Assembly: GCF_947563725.1 (NCBI RefSeq)
Contig: NC_079163.1
Location: 54,694,922 to 54,758,921 of the forward strand
DNA: 64,000 nt
Reading direction: 5' to 3'
From: Argiope bruennichi
Taxonomy: Eukaryota
Every line of letters starts with the position of its first letter. Position 1 is the first letter of the stretch. Below are positions 13,694 through 26,543 of the stretch, one piece after another. The notes beneath the pieces are model-generated. The model searched no databases, was not told the origin of the DNA, and saw only the letters and a program-made list of their open reading frames with translations. The position numbers and the translations under genes were made by a program.

Positions 13694-16600
13694 CTATAAC
13701 ATATCGTCAAAGTTTTTGCATGCATCTCTGAGAGCTAATACAAGACCATTTTTCTTTCTCCAATCAGAATTTATACATTGGTTCAAAAGTCTTTTCTTCA
13801 CTCTTTATTTTTTCCAGAGGAATTTTTTTTCTTAAACCTTTAACAATTTAACTGTTTCGACCTCTTCTAAAAATGTGTATCTAAAATGTCATATATATAT
13901 ATATTATGTAAATATAATAAATGTTTAATTTATACATTTATAATTAATTAATTACTATATAAATATAATAATTGTCATTGAATAATCTTGCCATAATGCC
14001 AAATGTTCTACTTCTTCCATGACGAGAATACTCGTTAAAAACAGTCAACTGGTTAATTTTCTTTCCTTTTTTTCATATTTTAATTTCTTATTATTTTCTT
14101 TTTCTGCTGCTTCTTTTCAGCTGTATCAATAAGGAAGAGATTTTTTGTTGTTATTGTTATTGTTATTAAGGGAGCGTTTGTTAGATCTCTTTCTGAAATA
14201 AATCTTTAGGGAGATATCTAAAGTTTGAAAGTGCCTGATAATATATATATATCGAATATAATAACAGAAAGCCGAACTGCATTGATCAAGCACAAATCAA
14301 GACCAATTTCGCAAATTGTAATCTGTTATAAGTTGCCTCATGGCTGAGTTTCGGGTATTTTTGTTGATTAATAAAAGAATACTGCGATCAGAAAAAATAA
14401 AAAAAAAAAATAACAGCAGTTTTTTCAAATTTATTACTTAGAAAAAATAAATAAAATATTTTTTGAAAAGATCTACTCAGTTATCTTAAATCAAAGTTTA
14501 CGAAATACTTTTTCTCCTATTAACTAGCTAAAATGAAGCAGATGGTCACGAACTCTTATTATTCGTTTCGGTTGATTACTAATTGAGCTGATGTGATAGG
14601 GCCTGCCGTAAGAATTGCTTTCAAAGAAATTTCTGATTAAATTTTTTTTAAAAACCTATGCATAAAGTGTGTGTCACAATTTGCCCGTCATAACTTACCC
14701 CAGGCTTTCCTACTAAGGGATACTTTTCAAAAAATTGAATTGACGCAAATTTTAAAATAAAGGTGGCCTTTTTATAAATAAAAACTGCTTGTACTTACTA
14801 AAGCTACTACTTTAATTCGATTGATATTTGTTGTTTGAATATGTAATAATTACTTTCTGAATAATAAGCTCCGTTTGAATACTTCCAAATCGGAAAAAAT
14901 AGCTCCAAACGTGTTAAATAATTGGCTATTGATTCAAGGGTGCGATGAAAAATTTTAATGAATTTTTTTTAATAAATGAAGGAAGAAAAGATTAATGAGT
15001 TGGCATGTATGGAGGAACATTCGAGAGGAATGGTGATACCGCATAGAAAATCACAGCAATAAAAATATATATATACATACAACATTAACAAAAAAATTCT
15101 GAAAATCTAGCATCATTAATTGTCAAACTCGTCTTAACGATATATTTTAGTGAAAGAAGTCATGTTATTATTATTTGTTATTATTATTATTATTATTTTC
15201 ATGTCTCTCTACTTTGAATTGTGTTATTAATTTAACATAGAGAGTACGGCATCATAACAGAACAATAACTACGTTTTGAAAAATTGATCAGTCTAAGCTA
15301 CAAAGATTAATGTTAGAGCTACTTAATTTTTATCAAGTTATTAAAGGGTAGTGGTTGTTTCTCGCATCATTTGTTAAATTAACATACAAAATACCCCTAA
15401 ACAGCGGAATAGGAATATCCAATGGCATTTGAATTTAAAATGTTTGAATATTTGTTACTATAATTACAAATACTATGTAAATGGTTAGTTTTAATTGAAT
15501 TGAATCAGCATGTGTCATCCGGCCAAGATAATAAAGAAATTTTGCAAATTTTTGCAGGGAATCTAATAAATAGCCAATAGAGCCATAAAATTCAGTTATA
15601 AAAATAGTTTTACAATGTTTTATAGGATTTCAATAAGGGAAATATTTTAAAAGGATATTACAGAATACATTATTTGTAAAAATTTCTGCGAATAAAGTTA
15701 TTATTTCAATTTAAATAGTAAATGCCTTTAAAAATGCAATTTTGCAATAATGTTATTTAACATCGCTAATTATTCTTCCTTCCCTGATTTGTATTTTCTC
15801 TCCAAGCGCTTTAATTTCATTAACTTATGAATCTTTCACTTGCTTTGAAGATATTTTAAATTTCCGCTATGGTCAAAGACAAATCAAGCTCACGGAGCAA
15901 AGCGTGTGTGTCATTATCCTTTTTCAATATTACTTAATATATTCCAAACAAAATAATTTATATAATTAAACAGAAATAAATCTTAAACACTTATAATCGT
16001 TATTCTACGTAATAAAATTCTATATACGAAATTAAAATTGCATAATTATACAGGCTTTTCATGTAATGCGATCCTATTGTCGTCGAGAGACAAAGGATTA
16101 TCAGGTCGTCACTTTCCCAGACGGATGAATAATAAGAGGTAGACACACTTTGTGGTCCCTAAAGTCTTTCATCCTGCCGTATTATTATTTCTTTCTGTAG
16201 GTACATTTCAAGAATCTGCTCTATGACACTTCTTTTGAATATGAAAAGATATTTATTGCTAAAATTTTGGCATTTGCTGCTGAAATACGTATCACTGTTC
16301 CAGACAGGTTGAAACACACTTTCACATTTTTCCTACTGGAGATAAGTAGCACTGTAAATTGTAAAAGAATTCGAAATAAATAGGAAAGAAGAATGTTTAT
16401 GAATCAGTCGTGCTATTAATTTTCAAATAATTGTACTGTTTGAAACTTTTTACAATTCCTGTAACAAAATTGGTTAGTTATAAATGTTTTTTTTTTCCTG
16501 CAACTAGATCATGACAAAAAATAAATTTACTTGTTTATACTTTTATACTTGTTTATTTAATGACATAAAGAAAGAAAAATATATGGCTGATACAATTATT

Positions 16601-17228
16601 TTCTACCATCTACAATGATGTTTCACCAACGGAAATAGGGAACATTGACTAATTTATAGATAAGAATTATCTATAAATTAGTTGTTATATAAAAATTATC
16701 TTAACAAGTAGTAACCCTTTGCCCTCGGAAAAGTAATTCAATTAATAATTATTCGCCTAACACAAAGACTTGTTTATTGCTCCGAAATATATATAATTGT
16801 TTTAAGTTGAATTATCCCGTTTAAATAATTTGCATCTTCTAACTACTCTGCATGTATTTTTAACAATCAAAATTAAATAAATAAATAAACACAACGTCAA
16901 AATAATGCACTGTCTTGAATGGGGAGTAAGAGTCCCCATTCGAGTGCAAAGGGTTAAAATATTCTATCATAAATATGTCAAAAGAAAGTATTATAGAACT
17001 GGAGATCATTTAAAAGGAAAACATAGTTTAAAATCTTGGAAACTTTATTCAGAAACAGCAATACGCAAATCAACCTTAAAATGTTTTCCCTTAACTCTTG
17101 TGAATAACTATGCTCTAATAATGCTCGGCATCCATAATATTGTAACAAATATAGGTCGCTGTTGTTTTAAAACATTTACTAACATTTAGACATAACATAA
17201 ACTTGTAACATAACATAAACATAGATTT

Positions 17229-17296
17229 GAAAAAGGGTTTGTATAGCTTGTAAACTTAATAAACATTAAGTTTACAAGCTATACAAACCCTTTTTC
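17229..17296. repeat. Perfect 68-bp palindrome with 32-bp arms and a 4-nt spacer
   Basis: GAAAAAGGGTTTGTATAGCTTGTAAACTTAAT, then aaac, then ATTAAGTTTACAAGCTATACAAACCCTTTTTC. The arms are exact reverse complements. Confidence 0.9.
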
Positions 17297-20200
17297 GACG
17301 TTGGCCTTATAAATATAAATGAAACGAAATGAAATTGGGGGATATAGGGGCTCCTACCAAACCAGCGTACTGCATATTAATGCTTTTATTTAACATGTTT
17401 ATTACATTTGCAGCCTCGCATGCCATCATGATGATAATAATTTTTTACAAATGATAATACTGTTTTTTTCTAAAATCTATTCCAGGTTCTTTCAAATGTA
17501 TTTCATTTGTAAAAAATCGTTCATAAAGGATTGGACCAAGAAATTTTCTTTTCTAAATTTCACACCACAAGGGCACAAAAACGCTATAGCGGGATGTTCC
17601 ACAACAACAACAACAAAAAAGAAAACCAATCGTATTATTCGAGTAATGATCGTTATATTTATAGTTTCCCCCATCACCATTTTACAAACATTCGGCTGTT
17701 CAGAAAATCTTCTCACAAAATCTGAATCTATGTAATACTGGTTTAATAATCACTTGCAGAAAACAACACATCGGAACCAAACCATTCCGTGAAAGTTCTA
17801 TTGTGAAAATCAGAATTGCAGCATTGAACGTAAACAATCATCTCTATCAGTGTAGAAGTGTTTGATACTTAATCAGGAATACTTAATCATCAGTGCAATA
17901 TTATCTACAGATCAATGTAGATCAGTGACAGCAGTGTGAGTTGTTGAGAGAACTGTCGACTGCTTCGGATGCAAGTCTGAATGTTGAACAATAATCCATC
18001 CTGGATGACTACGCTGTCTCTTACTTTAATTTTTTGTATGGAGAGGGCTCTTTATCACCAATTATGTATAAAAAGATCACAGTCGTACGGTGCATCCCGC
18101 CAGATGTGTTCAAGACTTTCGTAGATTTAGTTGATGTATCACACTTTATTTGGTCATCAAGAAGGTAAAGAAAACTTTATAAGATTATCGAAATTCTATC
18201 CATAAGATTACTGAAAGAAAACAGGATGTTTTGGAAATTGCTGCTAATATTTGTGTTGCTTGTTTGAAATAACAGCGGGTTGATGTCAGATTCGTGGAAC
18301 AATAGAAACTATTATCCCACCCTATGCTGACAAAATGCTTCGTAAGATATAAGCTGTGATCAGAGCACATGGTGATATTTAACCGAATATTAAGTTTAAT
18401 AAAACCTGATTTCATAGTATTTTATCCGAAGAATTCACATCCTCGGTTTCACTATGGGGGCTCTCTAGCACCTAAGCTGCTCATTTTCTACAAAATTAGG
18501 ATTTAACAGAGTATATATTGGTTTTGATATGTAATGTCCTCCTTTTCATCTTCATTTCCCTGAATCACTTTGAATAAACCATACTTGTTCAGCTAACATC
18601 AGTGCACTAACAGGACATATTTAAAGGATTGCAGCATAAATACGACTGTACAAGCCCTCTTCCGCACTATATTCCACTTTATTAAAACTGAAAAGTAGAA
18701 AATTATAAGATCAATTGAGCGAAAAGTGTAAACCGGTTGTTGAAAGAGAATATCATTCGCATTACTTAAGAGATATAAATTAAGGACAAGAAACAGGTCT
18801 TCATAAATTTTTACATCATATTTCTTCCAAAGAAAATTAGGTCCTTTCAGTTACGAAACAAGAAAAGCAGTATCGAAATTTGTTTATTAACTAACTAAGT
18901 TTCATTTGGGTACTTATATATCACTCATAGTTCCGAAAAATAACGATTCAAATTTGAATTGACACTATTTTAATTGAAATTTCTCGAGAATGACATTGAG
19001 AAACGAACGCTCGTTTGTACGTAATTCGTGGGAGGTTTTCTAAGCTGTAATTTGCAGCAATCCCTTAAATAGTGAGTACAAAGTGTACTGTGTACATATT
19101 TTCTTAAAATTATGTGAATTTGCTAAGTGATAAGTAATTCTTAATTTTGTTCAGAGGAAGAATGGTCATGAGACGGAATTGTTTCTTTCCCTTCGTTAAC
19201 TCTTCTTCGCAGGAAAAAAACACACACATATAGGACTCTACTTATATCAAAGTGCTTTAAATAATGTAAAAAGTTTGAAATCAGTGTTAAAGTAGATACT
19301 CTTAATTTAATAATTCCTCTATATTATAAATTCTATTCAAAATAATGGCTGGAATTTTAAAATTGTACACTTACCACGTGAACTTAACTTTTCTAATGTA
19401 TTAAAATTCAGTTTAAAGATCAAATCCGAATACAGTTAAACTTGCTTATACCGATCACGAAGGGGCCACGATATTCGATCGTTAGAACTGAGTGATTGTA
19501 AAAACGGGGCCGTGAAAAAATTATAATTCCTACATATTTATTATACATACTTACTTTTATCACTTTTTTTTATTTCTGAAAGTACACTAGAAGTTGTTTT
19601 ATTTGTGTTGAATTGTCTTGTTTTCTCTTTCTTGTGTTATTTGTTCTTTGCAACAGACTCGTGCCCCGAAAAGCATCGACATTTAAATCCTGCCTTTGAA
19701 AAAAAGTTTGAAGTTTTTCTGCTCATTTAAATGCTATTAAGTATGCTGGGGGCTGTTCGGCTTGAAACTCTTCAGATTCGACATTATCATTGTGGCTTTT
19801 GTCATTTTTTTTTTTTTTTCATCTGCTTTAGCTTGAATTTTAGCTAAAATATCTTCAGGAGTAGGTATCTCGGAAGTGATAACATTGAAAATTATGTATC
19901 TGTTGACGCCAAATTCTTTTCTACTCATTTCCCAAATTTGCCAAGTGATATACGTCTTATGACTCATCATTGAGTTCGGAATATTAAAAGGGTTTTTTTT
20001 CTCAAGAAGGGATTAGCTGAGCTGGAGAGCTGGAAGTCAAATTTATAAAAATATTGTTCTGTATAACCAAGGTTTAAATGCTCGTTAAAAGCGAGTAATG
20101 CTCCCAATAGACTTAACATTGCACCTACCAAGTATTTAAGATTTCGTCATTAAATCGGGGTTCGTTATACGAGAGTTGTATTGTAAGAATATTAGTTACT

Positions 20201-20496
20201 CAGAAAGACTATTAACTAGATTCCAATGATATAAGTTACACAACTAATCAAAAAAGAATATAAGCTTCTAAAATATCTATAAAACACATGGGCTTGAGAT
20301 ACATAATGTTAAATTAGAATTAAATTTTTATAAAGTTTATGATTCGAAAAAAGTGTTCGTGGAATTCTTATGAGTTATGCTTATCTCAATCTTTGTTCTG
20401 TAATAAACAATATATATATATATTATCAAATGTATCACTGTGCCACTTTTTACGATTTTTCCATTTATGAATGTAGTTTGAAATGTAAAATTACAG

Positions 20497-20770
20497 TAGT
20501 TTAGTTTAGTTATATTAACGTGCCGTTTGAAGCAACACTAGGGCTATTTTGGGACGGACCTCTTAACTTTGAACAGCGGTCAGATGACGAGGACGACACT
20601 TGAGCTGCCACCCCCCTCTCCACACCACACCAGCGGGAGGACGTTTGGTCAGGACGGATTTAACGTGCAACTGACCTCCTTACATGATGGTTCTTCGGTG
20701 GAATCGGGTCTCGAACCTGAAACCCTCCGGTTCCGAAGCCGAGACCTTACCACCAGGCCACCGCGGCCTC
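20497..20770 (-). mobile_element. tRNA-derived SINE, copy 7. It is the only minus-strand copy and the best-preserved tRNA head.
   Basis: The reverse complement reads GAGGCCGCGGTGGCCTGGTGGTAAGGTCTCGGCTTCGGAACCGGAGGGTTTCAGGTTCGAGACCCGATTCCACCGAAGAACCATCATGTAAGG...GGCAGCTCAAGTGTCGTCCTCGTCATCTGACCGCTGTTCAAAGTTAAGAGGTCCGTCCCAAAATAGCCCTAGTGTTGCTTCAAACGGCACGTTAATATAACTAAACTAAACTAC. Confidence 0.75.
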
Positions 20771-22003
20771 AAAATTACAGTAACTCATATTCATTTAACC
20801 TCTTCGCCGTCCAGAACGCGTCTAGCGGGTTCAAGTGATACTTCTGCAGGGCAACCGTAACGCGTTTCAAGTGTTCTTCTACATTTTAAAATCTTTAAAC
20901 TTTTGCGTTTGTGCGTCTACAAAAATAAAATGCAGACAAACTTACTATAAAACTAAATCTTATTACATTATAGATAATATTATCAAATTTACATCAACTT
21001 ATTTTCATTCATAATTCTAGCATCGTTTTTCAACAACAAATTAAAAGTTCCAGAAATATCACTGTTGCCAATCTGAATTTTACAACTATTTACAAAATAA
21101 AATTTATAATTATTAAAACAATCGTTAGCTACTTTTAAATAAAATATTTACGATTTATGTCGCACCAAAACTTTTAAAAAGCTTTGTAAATGTTTACTTG
21201 TTTAAAATTTTTAATTTTGTTTGTTCTATTGCGGTGAAAACCAGAGGAAAAACAGAAATTTTAATTTCATTTTATAAAGGTTTGTTTTAAATACTTCCAT
21301 GAAACTCTCTCCTTGTTAGACGTCAATTTCTCGATATGCTTCTTAACTCCCATGAAGCAGTTCATCAAAATGCACAAATGACCAACCCTCCTCTATTCAT
21401 TATGGCAGTTAGAGCCGTTTTTCATATCATTTCGCTGAACTTAGATGATGTTGCCATAAGCAGAAAGAATTTGTGAGTATTCTCTGTGCACTTACTTTTT
21501 TCAAAAATATAACATTTTAAATAGAAATTATTGAAAGTATTCACATTATGAGTCAATTTTTCACTTTTAATGCCGATTCTCAAATAATTAAGAATCATTC
21601 GCAAGGCAGTATTTTTAAGAAGACAGCAGCACTGTGTGAATGCGGTCTATATATGAGAAGTAATTTAATTTTGAAAGAACTTCTTAAGAAATATCTCAGT
21701 TCTAAATAAAACCTTAATTCAAAGCTGATATTATTAGATCAACACCCAAAGACTGAAAACCAGATTCACAAATTGAAAATGAACAGAGAAGCAAATTAAT
21801 AACTCATTTTGTAAATTTTTTAGATTCAATCTAATTTTCTGAAACTTATATTTATCCATAGGAGTTAATACAATAACTAATAAATCCATAACAATCATTA
21901 CACTGCATTTTACTGTTAAAGAGAGATTTTAAAATGCGTTTTTTTTTCTGTTAAAAAAACCCACGTCAATAATCATAGACCAGTCAAAGAAAAAATTAAG
22001 CAT

Positions 22004-22009
22004 TTTATT
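22004..22009 (-). promoter_or_regulatory. Candidate polyadenylation signal (AATAAA on the minus strand) for the WD40 gene
   Basis: The plus-strand tttatt at 22004-22009 reads AATAAA on the minus strand, about 130 nt downstream of the TGA stop. Confidence 0.3.
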
Positions 22010-22139
22010 TCTTTACAACAAATAACAGCAATAAAATTAAGAAATATTAAAAAAATACTGAAACTACATAGCAACAGCGTTCGCTAATTTTCATAACAAA
22101 AATAAAATTCAAGCAAAATTAACATGTCCTAGGAAATTT

Positions 22140-22289
22140 TCAGTTGTTCTTTTTATCATGAAATTGCAATAACTGTATAGCTCCAGAAGAAGTACCAATC
22201 ACTAAAATGTAAGTAGGCACGGTTGAAGTAAGAACTATTTCACAACCAGCAAGACTAGTAATCGGCACCGATGAATGGAATAAGCAAAC
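22140..22289 (-). CDS. Terminal coding exon (VCLFHSSVPITSLAGCEIVLTSTVPTYILVIGTSSGAIQLLQFHDKKNN, then stop)
   Basis: The acceptor is cttatttttag|GTTTGCTTATTCC. An in-frame TGA lies at 22140-22142 and no donor follows it. Confidence 0.6.
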   Translation of the reverse strand, partial: VCLFHSSVPITSLAGCEIVLTSTVPTYILVIGTSSGAIQLLQFHDKKNN

Positions 22290-22435
22290 CTAAAAATAAG
22301 TAATAGCAGAAAGTTCAAATAACAATTACTTATATTTTTATTGATAAAAGTTTATTTTGTGCAGGAAAACGACTTTTCTTTTTAAAAGCCACAATAAAAA
22401 TTTAGTCAAACAAAGAACACAAATATTTCTGTTAA

Positions 22436-22724
22436 CCCTTTCTAGGGCCGTGAGAAGTATGCTTCCCACCAAATTTATCAATCTTTGTATGAAATTATGC
22501 AGGTTGGCATACGTTCTGACAAATTGTTTTAGTAAGTCAGGAACTTAGATGCTTCAGTTCTTTATCTCACATAAAATGATGTGTCTTGGTTTGTCAATTA
22601 TTAATTAATCAAATTAAATTTATCTATTATCTTATAAGTTAAATGAATTCCTGTTCTTATTCTAATTTCAAGCCTAAAAATATTTTAACATAATATGACT
22701 AGAAAAAAATTACCCTTTAAAGGG
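22436..22724 (+). mobile_element. piggyBac-type MITE, copy 1 (289 bp), in the last intron of the WD40 gene
   Basis: It is flanked by TTAA at 22432-22435 and 22725-22728. The termini are CCCTTTCTAGGGCC at the 5' end and CCCTTTAAAGGG at the 3' end, an imperfect terminal inverted repeat. It is about 88% identical to the copy at 47391-47686. Confidence 0.65.
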
Positions 22725-24118
22725 TTAAATTATAATTAATTAGCCTTCAAATTATTCTCTGAAATTAAAATGCAGACTTAAAGTACAAAGCATCATTTGT
22801 AGTTAATCTATAAACATAAAATTCAAAATTTCAAAGAAAATATATAAAACTTTTTTTTTTTGCAGTTCTTGATTCTTTAATAATACAATTTTGTATACCT
22901 TTAATAAAATTTAAAAACAATTATGAAACTGACTTTGATGAGCATGAGAAAGAGTTAATGTATCTTAAAACAAATTTCTATAGGTTTTTAAAACTGAAAT
23001 TATAAGAGCTTAGTATTTCTCCAGTAATATCAAATTTCAAAAAGCATTTTGCAAAGAAACTCATTCTATTTTTTTTAAAGTAATGATAAAATATTCACTA
23101 TAAGCATTTGAAGTATTTCCTCCTCAAATTAAACTCATTATCAAGCTGGTATAAGCTAAAAATTCCCCATATCTGCAATGAATATTATATCACTCCATGA
23201 ATTTTTAATTATCCAAAATAAAAATCAGGTAGAAATTAACTTCTCAGTTTTAATATAAAATCATTTATAATCCATTTGAAAAACAGATTTTTAAACTAAC
23301 AAATAATAAATAACAAGTCTAAAAATATGATATTTAATATTAGTATCTCGTATCAAAACAAATGTTTGAAGAATTAGTAAACCATTTTAAATCCCTAATC
23401 AACGTATGCTACTTATAATATGATCCGCATTTTTTGACACTCCAAAGATTTAAATAATTCATAAAGTGTTGAACAGAATCCAACAGAAATTCTGCAATGT
23501 ATTATATCTCAACAAAGAAGAATTACATTATCTTTCTTCAATGTGTCTATGGCTCCTCTTATGACAAATAACGATTGACTGACATTGTAAAGCATTCATA
23601 TGGAGACAACTTGCTGTCCATAAGTGCTATAAATTTATAAAATTTCAGAGGTGGCTATAGTTTTAATATGAGATTTGTATGAAACTGATTGTTTGTTTGA
23701 CCGATTACAATACTAAGCATTTTTAAATATGTTCGTTTATATATTCGTTATTCATATTTTTCCCTTTTATGTACTTCACTGCTCAATATTGTCGTTACCA
23801 ATATTTTAAGTTATTTAATCACATTTTTGAAATAATAATAGCCTTATCAAGTATTTAACAGCTATCATACGATTAGTTAAATGATGTATTAGCCAAAAAA
23901 TTGAAAATGAATGATTTTACTTTACAAGCAAGTTCAAATGTCTGTGAGGTAACTAAGTTGGATCTCAAGACACAATAAAAAACAATTGAAGAAAGTGATA
24001 TTCGTAAACTGGAACTCTAGAAAATTTTTTTCCAAAAAACACTCTTTAAAACAAATAAAGTAACGGAACGAAGATTATATTAAATCGTATTTATTTAAAA
24101 AAATATTTATATACATAC

Positions 24119-24230
24119 CTGATTAAGAGCAGAATTCCATCCTTTTAAAGTTTTATCTAAGGAACATGTAAATACATACACACCACAAACTGCAATGCCA
24201 GTGATTGCATCGTCATGAATCTAAAATTAA
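24119..24230 (-). CDS. WD40 gene exon (IHDDAITGIAVCGVYVFTCSLDKTLKGWNSALNQ)
   Basis: The acceptor is tttaattttag|ATTCATGACG and the donor is TTAATCAG|GTATGTAT. The segment has a canonical WD-repeat ending, D-x-T-L-K-x-W. Confidence 0.65.
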
Positions 24231-26383
24231 AAAAATTCAATTTCCCAAAAAAACAGTCTCAAAATACAAAATTTTATCAAGTATTTCATAATTAATCTGC
24301 ATCATCTGAAAAAATTATAAAATTTGTCCTTTTAAATATCATTTAAAGTAAACTGATCATTCAAGTACTAAAAAACGCAATAACGCTTCTTAGCATTCTA
24401 AGGCTTTTTTTTTTTTTTTTTTGCAGCATTGCAATTTGTAATTTAATAGGATGATAACTTTTATAATTTTTTCCATATATTCGCAAACCATTCCACATTT
24501 TTGGTTAAATGCCCCCCTTCCCCGAAAAAAAGAACTTTTTTCACCACTCAAATGTTAAAGAGATAAAGATTTCATAAACTTCTGAAGCAGTATTTCGAAC
24601 ATTTCTCCTGAATAGTTAAGAATAAACATATCAATAAAATTCATAAAATATAAATTCTATTTAACAACTAGATTTTTTTATGATGACCTAACTGAGTATT
24701 AAACTATTATTTTATATTGCTCAAATCGAATAAAGCCACCTTCGTAATTGGACAGACAACATGATGGTCAATAAACATTCTAACACTGATTATAATTCAC
24801 AAAACAAACATTTCTCTTAGAAAACAAACGAATTTATACGCTGGTAGTGATAGCCTGTATCAGTATAGATCATTTCTATCTATGTAATGAATTATTCCAG
24901 ACAGAAAATTTACAGAACAAGTTATGAATTTATGTTGATTTACGCTCAAATAACCTTTAATAATTTGTGTAAGTTATCAAAGCTAATCCTCGGATAAATC
25001 AAAATTTTCAGTTTCCTTGATACATCAAATATATTTAGTCAATGATAATAACTGTTGCAATAATTAAACGTTGATATCTTAAAAATGTGTAAATAGAATG
25101 CAATATAATTTTATACCAATCAATGCATAAATTATTCTTATTAAAATATCGAAAATTTCAACTCTTTTTTCAGGTTAATCACTGAAATATATATTAAAAT
25201 GTAAAGAATTCTTTTTGTTTCATTGGGAATCATCCAAACATTGCATAATTCTAGTTTCGATAGTAAATAAGTTCAATAATAAAATATTATTACACTCCAA
25301 CAATTAAGACCAAGAGCCAAGGAAAGCCACATATTTTAGGAATATGCAATTCTGTAAAATAAAAACTTCAGGTGGCAGACAGGTGGTACATTCACAAAAA
25401 TAAGATAATAAAGCAGAAATTTATCGTCAGTGAAATTTTTTCCAGAAAATATACTTTCCTCTGTTTTCATGTTCGCTTAGAATTATTTATTTTAACATGC
25501 AGACAATTTTTTAATCATTAGGTGTCAAAAATTAAATGTATACATAAATAATGATAAATTCAATCCAATAATCTCTCTTTTTCATAAAGCATTTCCTAGA
25601 ACAGCCCCAATTTTACATTCACTATACAAGATGTAGCAACTCTTTGAGATTAAACGAATTCTATTATTATTACTTCAATTGGAAAAAATATTTATCAAAA
25701 TGTAAAATCAAGAAAGTTGAAAGAATGCATCATCAGTTTAAACTTTTTAAAGTTAAACACGACGATGCCACAAAATTTTTCAACGAGAATGACACATTTT
25801 GGTTGATCTTTAGATTTATCGATTGTATCAATTACTATAAAAAATCTTTGGTTAAAAAAAATCATTGCAACAAAAAAAAAAAAAAAAACTTTTGCATAGA
25901 AGTTTGAAATTATAATCTTTTTATTTTTTATTTTACAAGCAATATCAAAAATCTATTTAAGATGCTATCAGTTGTTGTTGAGGAGAGTGGAGTTGAGTGG
26001 CCTTGTTCTTAGCAACATTTTTTATTGCGTCCAATTTATTTATTTTATCAAAAGAAAACCCTATTTTTTTCTTTTTTTTTAATTCAGAGAGTGTTTATGA
26101 AAGATGCGATATAGTCAATCAATTAATAGTATCAATGAATTTATGTTTAAGAGGTGTGAATAAAAATATTGTCCCTTCAGACAGCATTATCCTAAGAAAT
26201 TATCCTATTAAAAAGATGGTACTGGGAAAATAGAGAAAAAATTACGTCTCTGGTTTAGACTGGTTTAAGTATAAGGTACGAAAGCTTACAATTTTCGGAA
26301 TTCTGTTGCATTTAAAATTGATGCGATTAATAAGCAACAGTATTTCTGTATAGAGGAAAAATTATTTTCATAAATGAACATAC

Positions 26384-26543
26384 CTTTTTCGATATTGGAG
26401 AGTTTGAATACCTTCTTAACCAACCTTGTGAATCACCACAATATACATTATCGCAGTTTGCACAACAGAAAGCACTTATAAAAACAGGAACGTTCCCCAG
26501 ATCTGGGCACTGAATTTCTTTAATTTCAACTTTGTTAGAATCC
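26384..26543 (-). CDS. Exon of the same gene (DSNKVEIKEIQCPDLGNVPVFISAFCCANCDNVYCGDSQGWLRRYSNSPISKK)
   Basis: The acceptor is cattttcttttaaaag|GATTCTAAC and the donor is CGAAAAAG|GTATGTTC. The segment is an open frame of 160 nt. Confidence 0.55.

Noticed and set aside
16905-17189. 94-aa ORF with a short inverted repeat AACCCTTTGC / GCAAAGGGTT (16724 and 16948)
   Set aside because: The inverted repeat is only 10 bp. The ORF has no homology signal and sits in AT-rich intergenic DNA.
18010-18172. Plus-strand open frame of about 54 codons ending in AAG|GTAAAG (DDYAVSYFNFLYGEGSLSPIMYKKITVVRCIPPDVFKTFVDLVDVSHFIWSSRR)
   Set aside because: There is no upstream AG acceptor and no in-frame ATG. The frame opens right after a TAA with no usable start. 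It has no companion exons and no recognisable domain, so it is probably a chance ORF in a slightly GC-richer patch.
19737-19970. 77-aa minus-strand ORF (MMSHKTYITWQIWEMSRKEFGVNRYIIFNVITSEIPTPEDILAKIQAKADEKKKK...) downstream of the gene
   Set aside because: It reads through a T15 homopolymer that gives the KKKK stretch. It has no splice context and no recognisable family, so it is more likely 3'-flank or UTR sequence than a gene.
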